NCBI GenBank assembly: GCA_946965045.2
Contig: OX337241.1
Coordinates: 310,001-374,000 of the forward strand
From: Epithemia pelagica
Taxonomy: Eukaryota; Protista; Bacillariophyta
Reading direction: 5' to 3'
DNA length: 64,000 nt
Made by a program: the position numbers and the translations under genes. The notes beneath the pieces are model-generated. The model searched no databases, had not been told where the DNA came from, and worked only from the letters and a program-made list of their open reading frames with translations. This document shows positions 1-10,900 of the stretch, one piece after another. Within the stretch, counting starts at the first letter, position 1, and each line of letters starts with the position of its first letter.

Positions 1-1565
1 CTCTACAGTGGCACGATTATGGAAAAACCAGAGGCGCTATTACCTTTTGCTTCAGATTTCATTTGGTGAATACTTTGCTAGGCAATGAGAAGACGCTCAT
101 TGTCTAGCACAAGATCTGCATTCACTACCAAGCATGAAATTGACACGAGTATAACAGCACGCGCTTCGTTGCATCGTCTTTTATTTCCATCATTCATTGC
201 ATTTGTCCGATTTGGTTCCTCACAACTAGGGAAGTCTACGAGTGACCATCAATCATTAATGCTACGGTCTGTGTGGCAACAAGTCACCATCTCATTCAGG
301 AACGATTTCCCTGGCGGTGTACTGCGTATTTGCAATTTACGTACTCGGTGAATCCTTTTGTGGGACCAGCGACGAAGGAAGGCCGCCACGCTTCCTGAAA
401 TTTCTGTCTTTTCATGACCCAACGGTGCGACAATAGAGGCAAAGAGTACAAGATCATTCTTTTTCGAGTCCCGTGATCACGTCCAGATGCCAACACGTAC
501 TTATTTCTCTATACATTTACTCTCTTCAAGATACTCACTATTCCCCGAGATAATACAAAAGAGCGAGGTACATGAAAATCGTGTTCGTCTGAGTTCAGTA
601 TGAACGGGACGGGTGGGCCGGAAGGCTTGGGGTCTGGGGTGGGAATTTCCAGAAAGACCAGCTGTTCCGAAAACGGACGGACACTAGAGTAAAAAGTACA
701 ATTGAGCAAACATGGCGGTTGATGAAACGGTTAAATATATACGGCAATGATTTAGCAATGAATATTTTAATGGTCAGTCATGGTATGATTTGGAGGTGCA
801 CCTCCAACCGCGTAAAATGTGAGTGGGGACTTACCCTTGACGAATCTCTAGTAGTAATGTAAGACGCCCAACCGTTCTGGAATGACTGAAACAAGACTTT
901 TTGTTTGAAAGCTCGTAGGAACAGGTAGCAAGACGTTAGAGAGAATTGCTGTGTTCGATAACGGGCGTGAATCGCTACAACGGCAGAGTTAAATTCATAT
1001 TATCATCATACAGCAACAAAGAATTATAAATTGACTAGGAAAGCATATATTATGAATTTTGTTTTTCTTCGTTCGTTCTGCTGACCAGGATGCATGTGGT
1101 ATTGATAATAGCATATTGGTATACGATAAAAGCAGAAGCCCTTATATCTCTCGATTGGCACTCATATTGTATTTCAGTACACATATCACAATCGCTCAAT
1201 GGAACATCGCGAAATTGCCTTTTGCGCCTGATCCTGATGGTCCGCAACGTCGACAAGATGACACTCGTAGCAGTGGCTCGTAACAGGTAGAACTGTAGCT
1301 TAAACTGTTGACCTCTATAGATACAATCAATTAGCATCCAAATAGACAACTAGAACATTCATTAGCAACCGAATCAGATTGAGTCGCAGAACTAGTAGCT
1401 ACCGAGTTTAAAAATTTGTTCAAGACCCAAGACATAGAGTTGGTGTGAGCGACTCGGGGATCAGCACATAAAGAAGAAGACAGAATCATTGCTAAGAAGG
1501 CTCAAGCTAAAAATTCAAACCGGGATATTAAATGGTCATGGATCAGTCCTACTTACTACGTGCTC

Positions 1566-1822
1566 TACCGCTTAGCTCTGATTTGCCGATTAGCTCTGAT
1601 CTGCCGTTGAGCTCCGATATGCCGTTTAGCTCCGATATGCCGTTTAGCGCCTTTCTGCCGTTTAGCGCCTTTCTGCCGTTTAACGCCTCCTAGTACAAAA
1701 TCCTACGTGTTTTCTCGTAGCTCCTTCCGTTTAGCGCCTTTCTTCCGCTTAGCTCCGATCTGCCGTTTAGCTCCGATCTACCGTTTAGCTCCGATCTGCC
1801 GTTTAGCTCCAATCTGCCGTTT
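1566..1822. repeat. 18-bp minisatellite (consensus ~CTCCGATCTGCCGTTTAG) in two blocks
   Basis: Degenerate 18-mers at ~1566-1690 and ~1718-1822, separated by a short unique stretch. Confidence 0.9.
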
Positions 1823-2079
1823 TGAGTTTTCAGCTTATCCTCATTATTTGGCTAGCTTCATCGTAGCTAATCCTATGTTGTGTGTGTGTCGTTTGTCTCC
1901 ATCTCATTTTTTCATTCTATCAGTGCATTGGTTTGTTGTGTCAAATAGCAGTGCATAGCACACGAAGGGCTGAGGATTGAGGATGCACACCGATCACAAT
2001 TAGCTACGTAGATAAAGAATAACATTGCCCTAAATCAATGAACATGGATCACACTCAATCGTAATCTTGATAGCTTCTA

Positions 2080-3064
2080 TTATCTTATTCTAGCTAGCTT
2101 AGCAGTTTGGTTCCACATCACGGTGGGTTGGATGATTTGGGATTTTGGTTTGCCATTTGCCATCCAATTCTCGACCCAGAACGCAAAACGCAATTTCGCG
2201 GTGTTCCAATTCTCAGGGGTCGTTTCTTCGGACTCCTTCTCGTCGACTTTGTTGTCTTGGAGCCTACCAGTCGGGTATTTCCAGCGATTCACTGCACTTC
2301 TGGAGTACATGCCGTATTCATCACGCGAAAAAGCCTGGTCTGCCACACCATCGTCTTCGCCACCAAGATAGGTGAACAGATCATTGTCATCACCGAGTTC
2401 GAAGTAGTTTTGAACAAGAGCATTGACTTCTTCATCTTGAAACAGATTATCCAAAGGGCGAGGAATATTGCCGGTGTGATCCAAGTCAGGAGTGTTGTAG
2501 CTGTAAGTGCGATTGTATCCGTGTTCTTTGTCATTCTTCTCCATCACCTCGGCAATGGTCTTACACAAATTTTTGGTCAGAGTCTTTTTCTTTGTGTCAT
2601 CGTCAGCGTCGTCACAGAATCCAACAACGCACGGCCAGGGGTATTCGGTTCCGGACTTGTCCGGGTTGCCATTCATCATCGGTTCATCCTTCTCAGGTGA
2701 GAGACGACGATACAGTTTTTGAATTCGCACATCAAACTCATCAAAAAGGCACTTTTCCTTTTCTTTAATCAGATCAAATACAGGATTCATGTATCCCGAC
2801 CGCTCTGTTTTGGTCCCTGCGAGCTTCATGTAAGCAACAATAAACTGTGAGTTAGGGCCACAACGTTCCGAATGGATCTCAGAGACCCTGGGCTTCGATC
2901 TACTTGGAGAAGGAGCAACACCTTTCTTCTTTGTTGCCGTGAACTTGAACTTCTTGATTGTTTCCTGGTGAGGAGAAGAAAAAAGAAAGGTGAGCATGGA
3001 TGAATGCCATGTAGTGATAGAACGACGCAACAATCAAACTTGCCTTTTTCGCTGGTGGAGTCAT
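2080..3064 (-). CDS. Hypothetical protein, two exons (3064-3044, 2964-2080), probable GC-AG intron
   Basis: The long ORF lacks a good ATG. ATG at 3064 (MTPPAKK) joins in frame to ETIKKF via a 79-bp phase-0 intron with GCAAGT donor and pyrimidine tract + CAG acceptor. No family recognised. Confidence 0.6.
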
Positions 3065-3237
3065 GATGTGGATGTTGTTTGTCGAGGAAGGAAATATGAG
3101 TTGATTGTTGGACTTGGCTTGAGGAGATGAGGCTGCATCGAGAAAATCGTGTTTTCTCGATCCTCAACACTTCTCCAATTGGAACCGTTCAAGAACCGAG
3201 AAAAATGTTTTCATGGTATACTCCCATCGCTATTTGT

Positions 3238-3800
3238 AATTCAAATGCACATGGGAGTATAAATTTCCTCTATTACGGGATGTTTGGCCTTGGAAGCAGC
3301 ACTCAACAGACCAATACCCTCACTGGTTTGCCTCTTGTGTATGGAAATCAGAGAACTCCATCTTGTTGGCGGGCTCTCTACATGCTAAGATTCAAATGGA
3401 TATAGGAGTAGAAATTTCCTCTATTAAGGGATCTTCCGCTTTCGAACTAGGACTCAACAGACCGATACTACTCTTACTTGTTTTCCCTCTTGTCTATGGT
3501 CTCAAAGTACTCTTTCTTGTTGGCGGGCTCTCTACATTTTAAGATTCAGATGCACATAGGAGTATCACTTTCCCGCCAATGAAAGCAGGCTCCGCAGACG
3601 CACACGAAATTTCCTCTATTAAGGGAACTTCCGCTTTCAAACTAGGACCCAACAGACCGATACTACTCTTACTTGTTTTGGCTCTTGTCTATGGTCTCAG
3701 AGTACTCTTTCTTGTTGGCGGGCTCTCTACATTCTAAGATTCAGATGCACATAGGAGTATCACTTTCCCGCCAATGAAAGCAGGCTCTGTAGACGCACAC
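3238..3800. repeat. Tandem repeat, three copies (periods ~151 and ~195 bp)
   Basis: AAATTTCCTCTATTA...TCTTGTTGGCGGGCTCTCTACAT recurs at ~3261, ~3412 and ~3607; a partial copy lies near 4408-4440. Confidence 0.9.
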
Positions 3801-5393
3801 GATCGTAACTACTCTCGTCGATGGATATGAGCATCTTGCACTCTGGTAATGAGCCCAATCACGCCCTTCCCCAGAATTTACCATGGCTCGCACAATGAGG
3901 GCAAAGGGAGAAGGAATAAAATTTCGACGGCTTCTGGACAAGAAAATACTCCATTGGTCACCTTTTTGTCGGGATGATCTCGTTTGTAAGCACGAGGATG
4001 ATCACAATGAGGAAAGTGCACTGTGCACATGTCTGGTTTGTTTCCCTTGGCCAACTCGGAGAAACGAAATTTGTTGTGTCAGTTCTGCTTTGGAATGGAT
4101 CAATCATCGGTCGAGTTTTGTGCAGCAAAAAGGCCTTGAACATGATGGTGATGATAATAGTGGGATCTTGGAAGATTAAGATTTATGGCAAGAGAGGCGG
4201 TTCGACGTTTGACAACAACTTTGACACCGCCGGTGCAGGAAAAGCGTGAACAAGGACAGACAAGGATCTTGTGTGATGGCTGTTGGCTGTTGGACTTTGC
4301 ACACGAACACGAGAGACGTCGATAGCTCAGTCAGAGGTTGGTTGACTTCTGTTCGACCAAGAGATCGAGAGAGCGACTGCACAGCAACACAGAGATACCA
4401 ATCGTTGGAAATCAGAGCACTCCATCTTGTTGGAGGGATTGTGAACGAAACGAGGGCCCATCAACCGACAACAACAATGATTATGCTCCTCCTCCCAGGA
4501 GCAATCCAGATGACGTCCACGACAATTTCATGCAACGACTGGATGATTCGGCCGCCTTGTATGTGGCATCACATCCAGAACCACATCCAGATGTGGGTGG
4601 TTGGTTATACACCGCAACAGGTTGGAGAAAACTGCTGGTCAGCACTATGGAATAGTATCATTAGGGTTAAGGTTTCAATTGGTGCACGCAGGTAGTGCCT
4701 CTATGTTAGGCACAATAGAGCTCCTACTAGCAAGAACTAGGTAGGAGTACGATTTTAGTGCACTTTGGATCTTAATATTACAAAAAAAACCCAGTATGTC
4801 GTGCACCTTGGGTGAGATAGTGGTTTGGGTCTTAGATCCACACTTGATCGAGCAGGTCAGGGGTTTGATTCCCCCCACTTCAGCACAAAGTTAAGATTCG
4901 CCATGTTTGGGGTTCATGGCCATAGACGTATCCCCGCTGGTAGAGTGGAAGTCCTTGCTGTGAGCTCTGCTGATGTTTGATTCCACTGGGCCGGCCGGTG
5001 ACACGGTTTTGTCTTTTTGATTCATACTCTACCCTACTTTTCTCTTCTATTTAGCAAGTGCCCAATCACGTAGCCAACGATCACACCCAACACCCAACGA
5101 CGACCAACATCATGGGCGCGCAAAAAGTGCTCCCATGGCGAACGTTCGTTGCATTTCTTTCGTTCGTGTAAGGAGGCGCTTCTCTTTATCGTAAATTTGG
5201 TGAGCACGACAGAGGCGGAACTTTAGTTCGGAAGTATCCACTCCTACCGAACAACGGTGAAGGAACGGCCGTGAAGCATTCTACGATTCATGAGTTTGTA
5301 CGGAATCCAACCGCATGGACGCATTTTGGCTCATTTGGATTGGCATTTTGGTACAAGCCTATCCTAACGCCAACGAGGAGGACGAGTAGTAGC

Positions 5394-6255
5394 ACCAGCC
5401 CAATTCACCAAGACGACAACACGAGAAGGATACGAAACGAGTGGCAAAGCAGAATCCGTCCAAGAAATTTCTTCGTCAATCTTCCACAGGAACCACAACC
5501 AGTCGTTTGGAACTACTCTTGAAAGAAACCAGAACAAAACAAGCAAGTTTGGATGCACCTCCCAAGCAACGAATGGACTTGGACCAGAAACTGATGGCTT
5601 GAGATGAATTGGACTTTGATTAAATGGATGGCAATGAGGATGAATCCGTCTTTGGTCGTCCGTCGTCACGAGGCACACTGGTTCCACAACGATTACCACT
5701 GTGGTTGCCTCGTCCCAAGGATGCTCGCAATCGTCCACAGTCTTGCCATTATTAACATCAACAGTATTGTCGGTGGGGCAACGCAAAAACGGAGTAGGGT
5801 TCCTCTGATACAAAAGAGGAAAGCTCCCCTCGACCCGGCAGCCGGGGCCATTGCAAACCAACCGCCACCACGAATATTGGCTGTAATCACACGACAATAC
5901 CCACTCCACCATGATCCTCCAAGCCAAAACCAACACCGCCCCAATTCACCAAGACGACAACACGAGAAAGACACGAAACGAGTGGCCAAGCAGAAATCGT
6001 CCAAGAAATGTCTTCCTTGGTTTGGCACCACTCTTAAAGAAAAACCAGAGTCTTGTCATTGTCAATATCATCAGTATTGTCGGTGGGGCAACGCAAAAAC
6101 GGAGTAGGGAATTCCTCTGGTACGTAAGAGGAAAGCTCCTCTCGATCCAGGAGCCGAGGCCATCGCAAACCAACCGCCACCACGAACCCCGCCAAACAGA
6201 CTGTGGATGCTATTCGCTAGTAGTCACACGACAATACCCACTCCGCCATGATCCG
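5394..6255. repeat. Mosaic of shuffled direct duplications
   Basis: CCAATTCACCAAGACGACAACACGAG at ~5400 and ~5940; CAGTATTGTCGGTGGGGCAACGCAAAAACGGAGTAGGG at ~5762 and ~6073; CACGACAATACCCACTCC at ~5890 and ~6227. Confidence 0.85.
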
Positions 6256-6469
6256 TTACTAGCTTTAAATCATGGATGAGACAAGAACGTATGGTTCTCG
6301 TTTGGTTCATCGATTCCACAACACTAGCAACTATACTAAGACTGCGCGTCCATGCGTCTGCCATTATAACATGAGTCCAAACCGTATGTGTGCTTGCGCT
6401 AGACAATCAATAGACTATTAGTTTTACTCTCTTGGTATTACGAATAACCAAGATACTTACATATCTCGT

Positions 6470-7312
6470 TCATAACATATATTCCACATCATCCTCCTCG
6501 TCTTGCTCGTCGCTCCCTTCGTCGCTCTCTTCATTAACCTTGTATTCATGTTCCTCTTCTTCTGAATCATCATTCTCATCTGAATCATCATTCTCATCTG
6601 AATCACCATTCCAATTGCCATAACAGCCATCCTCTTCATCTTGTCCGTCTGAATCGTCTTCCTCAGTGTCATCCTCTTGCTCTTGCCAGTCGTCGCCTCC
6701 ATCGCTTTCCTCTTGATTGACCTCCAACTCACTGAATTCCTCATCTTCCTCTTCTTCTGAGTCGTCGTTCTCATAGGAATCGCTTTCCTCTTGATTGACC
6801 TCCAACTCACTGAATTCCTCATCTTCCTCTTCTTCTGAGTCGTCGTTCTCATAAGAATCCTCATCGTCTTCCCAGTCGTCACCATTGTCACTCTCTTGTT
6901 TGCAATTTTCAGTTGACGAAGAAAGCACATAATTCTCAGGAAGATCAGGTTCGCTAAATTCGTGACGTTCCTCCACCAAACTTAATTTAACAACCCCGTC
7001 AATGAGATCATCATCGTTGTCATAGACGTAAGCCTTCATAGCAATACGTTTCCCATTTTCCTGACAAAGTCGAATATCACAGAGTCGTGATCGAATCCTT
7101 TCTGCGATACATCGCAACACATCAATTGCCTTGGAATACTTTTGGATGACACACAGACGGATGTAAAAATCATGCTCACTGAAATAAACGATACAATCAA
7201 CAGGTTTAAACGCACAGCCTGCCTCGATGATAGTCCGTACCAGATAACCAGGCATGCCTGGATGAGGGAAAAACCCGGCACGATAACGGAGACCTACACG
7301 ATGACGGGGCAT
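6470..7312 (-). CDS. Hypothetical protein with highly acidic C-terminal half
   Basis: 280-aa ATG-started ORF: ~130-aa globular N-terminus, then an Asp/Glu tract containing an in-frame 78-bp duplication (6701-6775 / 6779-6853). Confidence 0.6.
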   Translation of the reverse strand: MPRHRVGLRYRAGFFPHPGMPGYLVRTIIEAGCAFKPVDCIVYFSEHDFYIRLCVIQKYSKAIDVLRCIAERIRSRLCDIRLCQENGKRIAMKAYVYDNDDDLIDGVVKLSLVEERHEFSEPDLPENYVLSSSTENCKQESDNGDDWEDDEDSYENDDSEEEEDEEFSELEVNQEESDSYENDDSEEEEDEEFSELEVNQEESDGGDDWQEQEDDTEEDDSDGQDEEDGCYGNWNGDSDENDDSDENDDSEEEEHEYKVNEESDEGSDEQDEEDDVEYML

Positions 7313-7531
7313 TATGCTTTCTTCGCAAGGGTTTCGACAAAACTATAACAGAAGTCGAACAAACACAGCAACTTCCTACATCATATCGTTCTTTTCTGCA
7401 GCACATTCAAATTAACCTAATGCTATGGTGGTGGTGCCACAAAGTTCAGATTCCATGCAATCGAATGAATTGAGCGCAAATGATAAGTAAGGAAATATTG
7501 CGATCATTCAAAAGTGATCCAATGAAACTAA

Positions 7532-7789
7532 TTCCTTGGAATCTCGGATCAACAGTTTGGTCGCAGAACAATTTCACAGCCTAATACACAAACCACATGT
7601 CACAGAGAGTATGCATAGCTCCGTTAGCACAGAACCCATATGCAGGTCAGTTGGTAGACATTCCTCTGAATCTCGTATCGCCAGTTAGGTCGCAGAAAAA
7701 TTTTGGAGCTTGTTAATACACCAACCACATGTTCCAAAGAGTATGCATAGCTGCCTTAGCACAGAAACCACATGTAGTTGTCAGTTGGT
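7532..7789. repeat. ~129-bp degenerate tandem duplication upstream of RepHel
   Basis: GAATCTCG...GGTCGCAGAA...AACCACATGT...GAGTATGCATAGCT...TTAGCACAGAA occurs twice. Confidence 0.85.
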
Positions 7790-7914
7790 TCGTGACAGTT
7801 AGGTAGAAGACCTATCTACTGACTGTGTCACTTACCTTTGACTTCTCTTCTCACAATACTCATTTGGCCTAAGTTGTCACCAGTTGTAACCAGCAAGATC
7901 TGCATTACCAAGAA

Positions 7915-10900
7915 ATGTTAGCTAGAGACACCTCGATCCAAAAAGGAATAGCCAGAGCAGTGGCAAGTCGGGATTCTCTATTGACTAAGAAAGGAGACTT
8001 GTTTTTCCCAAAAGTATGTTGTGTCTGTGATCAATTCATCAAGGTTGGGTCAGAGAAATGCTTGAAGATTGATGATATTCTTCATGAGAAAATAAAACCA
8101 AAATTCATGAAGTCTAATCTTGACTTTTCACACTATGGTACCGGACTAGAGAGCCAGAAACAGATCAAGAAACATTACACACAAACGTGTTACGATTCCT
8201 CTCATTCCAACAGAAAGTATCGTCCGCTGCAAAGCTTGGTTCTTTCACCGTCCTCTTATGCAATCAAAAAGGGACAATCTGAAGGATTTGGATGTTGCTC
8301 AGAATGTTACCATTGCATCATTTACATGAAAAAAGGAATAGTGACCCTGATAAAATCCCCAAAAATGCTATCATCAATGGCTATATGATTGGTCCTACAC
8401 CTCTTTGCTTGCAAACTCTGAATGAGGTCGAACTTGCACTCATTTCGCCGGCGAGGACAAACAAACACGTTTTTTCATTCACGGCAGGATCACATAAATC
8501 AATTAAGGGTTGGCACTCCTTGTATTACAATGACCTCAAAGCTGTCAATGGGGTTATAAATTGGTGTCTGTCAGCAACAGGACAAGCTGACAGTGCACTT
8601 CCTAATCATGGCAAAAAACAAAGTGAACATACTGGCCAAGACATTGCTGCTCGATGGACAGAACTTTTTGATCACGACATGGATGATAGTGATGATGACA
8701 ATGTCAGTGATGTTGGAAATGACATTCAAGACAATAATAGTGGCATCAGCGACAATATGAATGAAAATGATGACACAGATCAACCGCCACTTAATAGCAA
8801 TGAATCGCCTCTTCTGCCTCAAATTGCTGTTGTTTTAACAGGTCCTTTCACACCTACACAGAAAGCTTTGACTCGTCAGCGCACAAACGTTCGATGGAAT
8901 TTGGTCAAAAAAGCGCTACAATGGTTGAAACAACACAATCATTTGTACCATGACTTTGATTTGCCACCAGAACATCTTGTAAAACCAGTTGTCATTGACA
9001 AAAGTGATGACGCACCTGCCTCAACGTCCAATGTTGAGCAAGTTTTTGAAATCACGGCGGTCTTCCCTGATTCTGATGAACCTCAACAGAAAAATGGAGG
9101 GTTCTCCTCCCAGGATGATTTCATGCAAATGACGCTTGATCGTCTTTTGGTAGACCATGACAATAAAGATGCAACATTGATTTCAAGACCTTCAAAAACC
9201 TTGTTGAAAGACTATCAAGGTTCTAATCTCCTGAAGGCATTTCCTTTACAGTTTCCTTATGGGATTGGTGCCAATGATAAAGATGGAAATCCCCATGTCG
9301 GAATGAGTTACTTTGGGCATCTGATGCGACACTCAAGCAAGTTATTTCACCATGCTGATTTTGTATGTGTCGTACACAATATGTTTGAGCGTCAAAGAAT
9401 GGTCTCAAATTCATATTTGCAAACCAGTGATACACAAGCAGAATCATTTGCTACAATCACTAACGAACAGATTCAAGATGCCATCAAGCGCCATCTTGAA
9501 AATGCCCAGGGATCAGGTCCTAGTGACCAGTTTTTGAGAAAGATGAAAGCTGTCGCATCTTCTATGGGACACACTGCAGGAGCTGCCAGAAAAGCACGAC
9601 AAAATATGCTAGCAATGATTGTAAAATTTGGTTTGCCAAGTGTGATGTTTACAATTACACCAGAAGATGCCGTAAATTTCAGACTGCGTGTAATGGTGAA
9701 CAAAAAGGTTGGTGAAGCAATTCCACCTAACCCAGCTACAACTTCAACTTTGGATCAACAAGAATTCATCCTTGACTGTGCTCGCATTAGACAGATTCAC
9801 CCGGGAATGTGTGGTATTGACTTTGAAAATGTGATTGCAATAACGATTGAGCATCTCCTTGGCTGGGATATGAAAAAGAGAATGAACAAAATTGATGAAG
9901 GTTTATTTGGTGATTTGCTTGCGTGGTGTGATGCAGTTGAGGAGCAAGGAAGAAAAACGCTTCATGATCATTTTCTCTTATGGTTGTTAAAGTGGTCAAA
10001 GTTATTGAAAGGACTTGCCAATCAGGCAACAAGAGAACACTTTTCGAAGCTCTTAGTTGACTATGCATCAAAGGTCATGAGCACACATATGCATGGCGAG
10101 ACTATTCCGCCTTGTGTAAATGATGCTTGTGTCTCACGTGCCTTCCACCCATGTTCCAAACAAGACATTCGGAATTTGCAAACAAAGATTGGTGTAACAT
10201 CCCTTGGTGGGAAATCAATTGTCAGATTCGCAAACTGCAACACAGCAATGACAAGTGAAGCTCTTGTTCTTTCCAGATTGAAAAACATTCTCCCAGCCAT
10301 GGCTTTTCAAGAACAACAACCACAGAATGACCCAATGGCACAAGCTTCATCCTTCAATGTTCCACTCACAAATTCAATGGAATTGTTCCTAATGCGTCAG
10401 CAGATCTTACATCCCAAGAGAATGACAACTGATGGCACCTTTGTTCTGACAGTATTACGCAATTTGCATCGCTCAAAACATGCTATTTCTTGTTTCAAGA
10501 AAGGAGACGAGTGTCGTATGCATATTCCGTGTGCAGAGTGTAAAAAAACAGAGTTGAAGTTTTCGGAAGATTCAACAAAGTGGTTTGATTGGAAAGGCAA
10601 TGATCAATCCAGACACTTGTTCACACTGGAAGCAAATCGAAAACACCATGATGCATTTGTCAATATTCACAATTGTCATGCAAGCCAAATTTTTGGTTGC
10701 AATACTAATGTTGTGACAGCTGTTGACGGAGGAAGTGTCATGTATATGACATGTTACATTTCTAAGAATACTCAAGAAGAAGACAGTTCACTGTTTACAA
10801 ATGCAGCTAAACAAATGATACAAAAAATGCGGGAAAGATTGCTTGAACTTGAGCAGACTACCAATTCGACAGAAATTGAGACAGTTGAGCAAGACCGTGA

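Noticed and set aside
296-709. Two in-frame - strand ORFs separated by one TAG
   Set aside because: No ATG start and no recognisable motif; could be a remnant but cannot be supported.
3883-4655. Cys-rich broken ORFs as a zinc-finger gene
   Set aside because: Multiple stops and no complete finger pattern.
5746-6107. CHCQYHQYC as a PHD/RING finger
   Set aside because: Only a partial ligand set, in repeat-shuffled DNA with stops.
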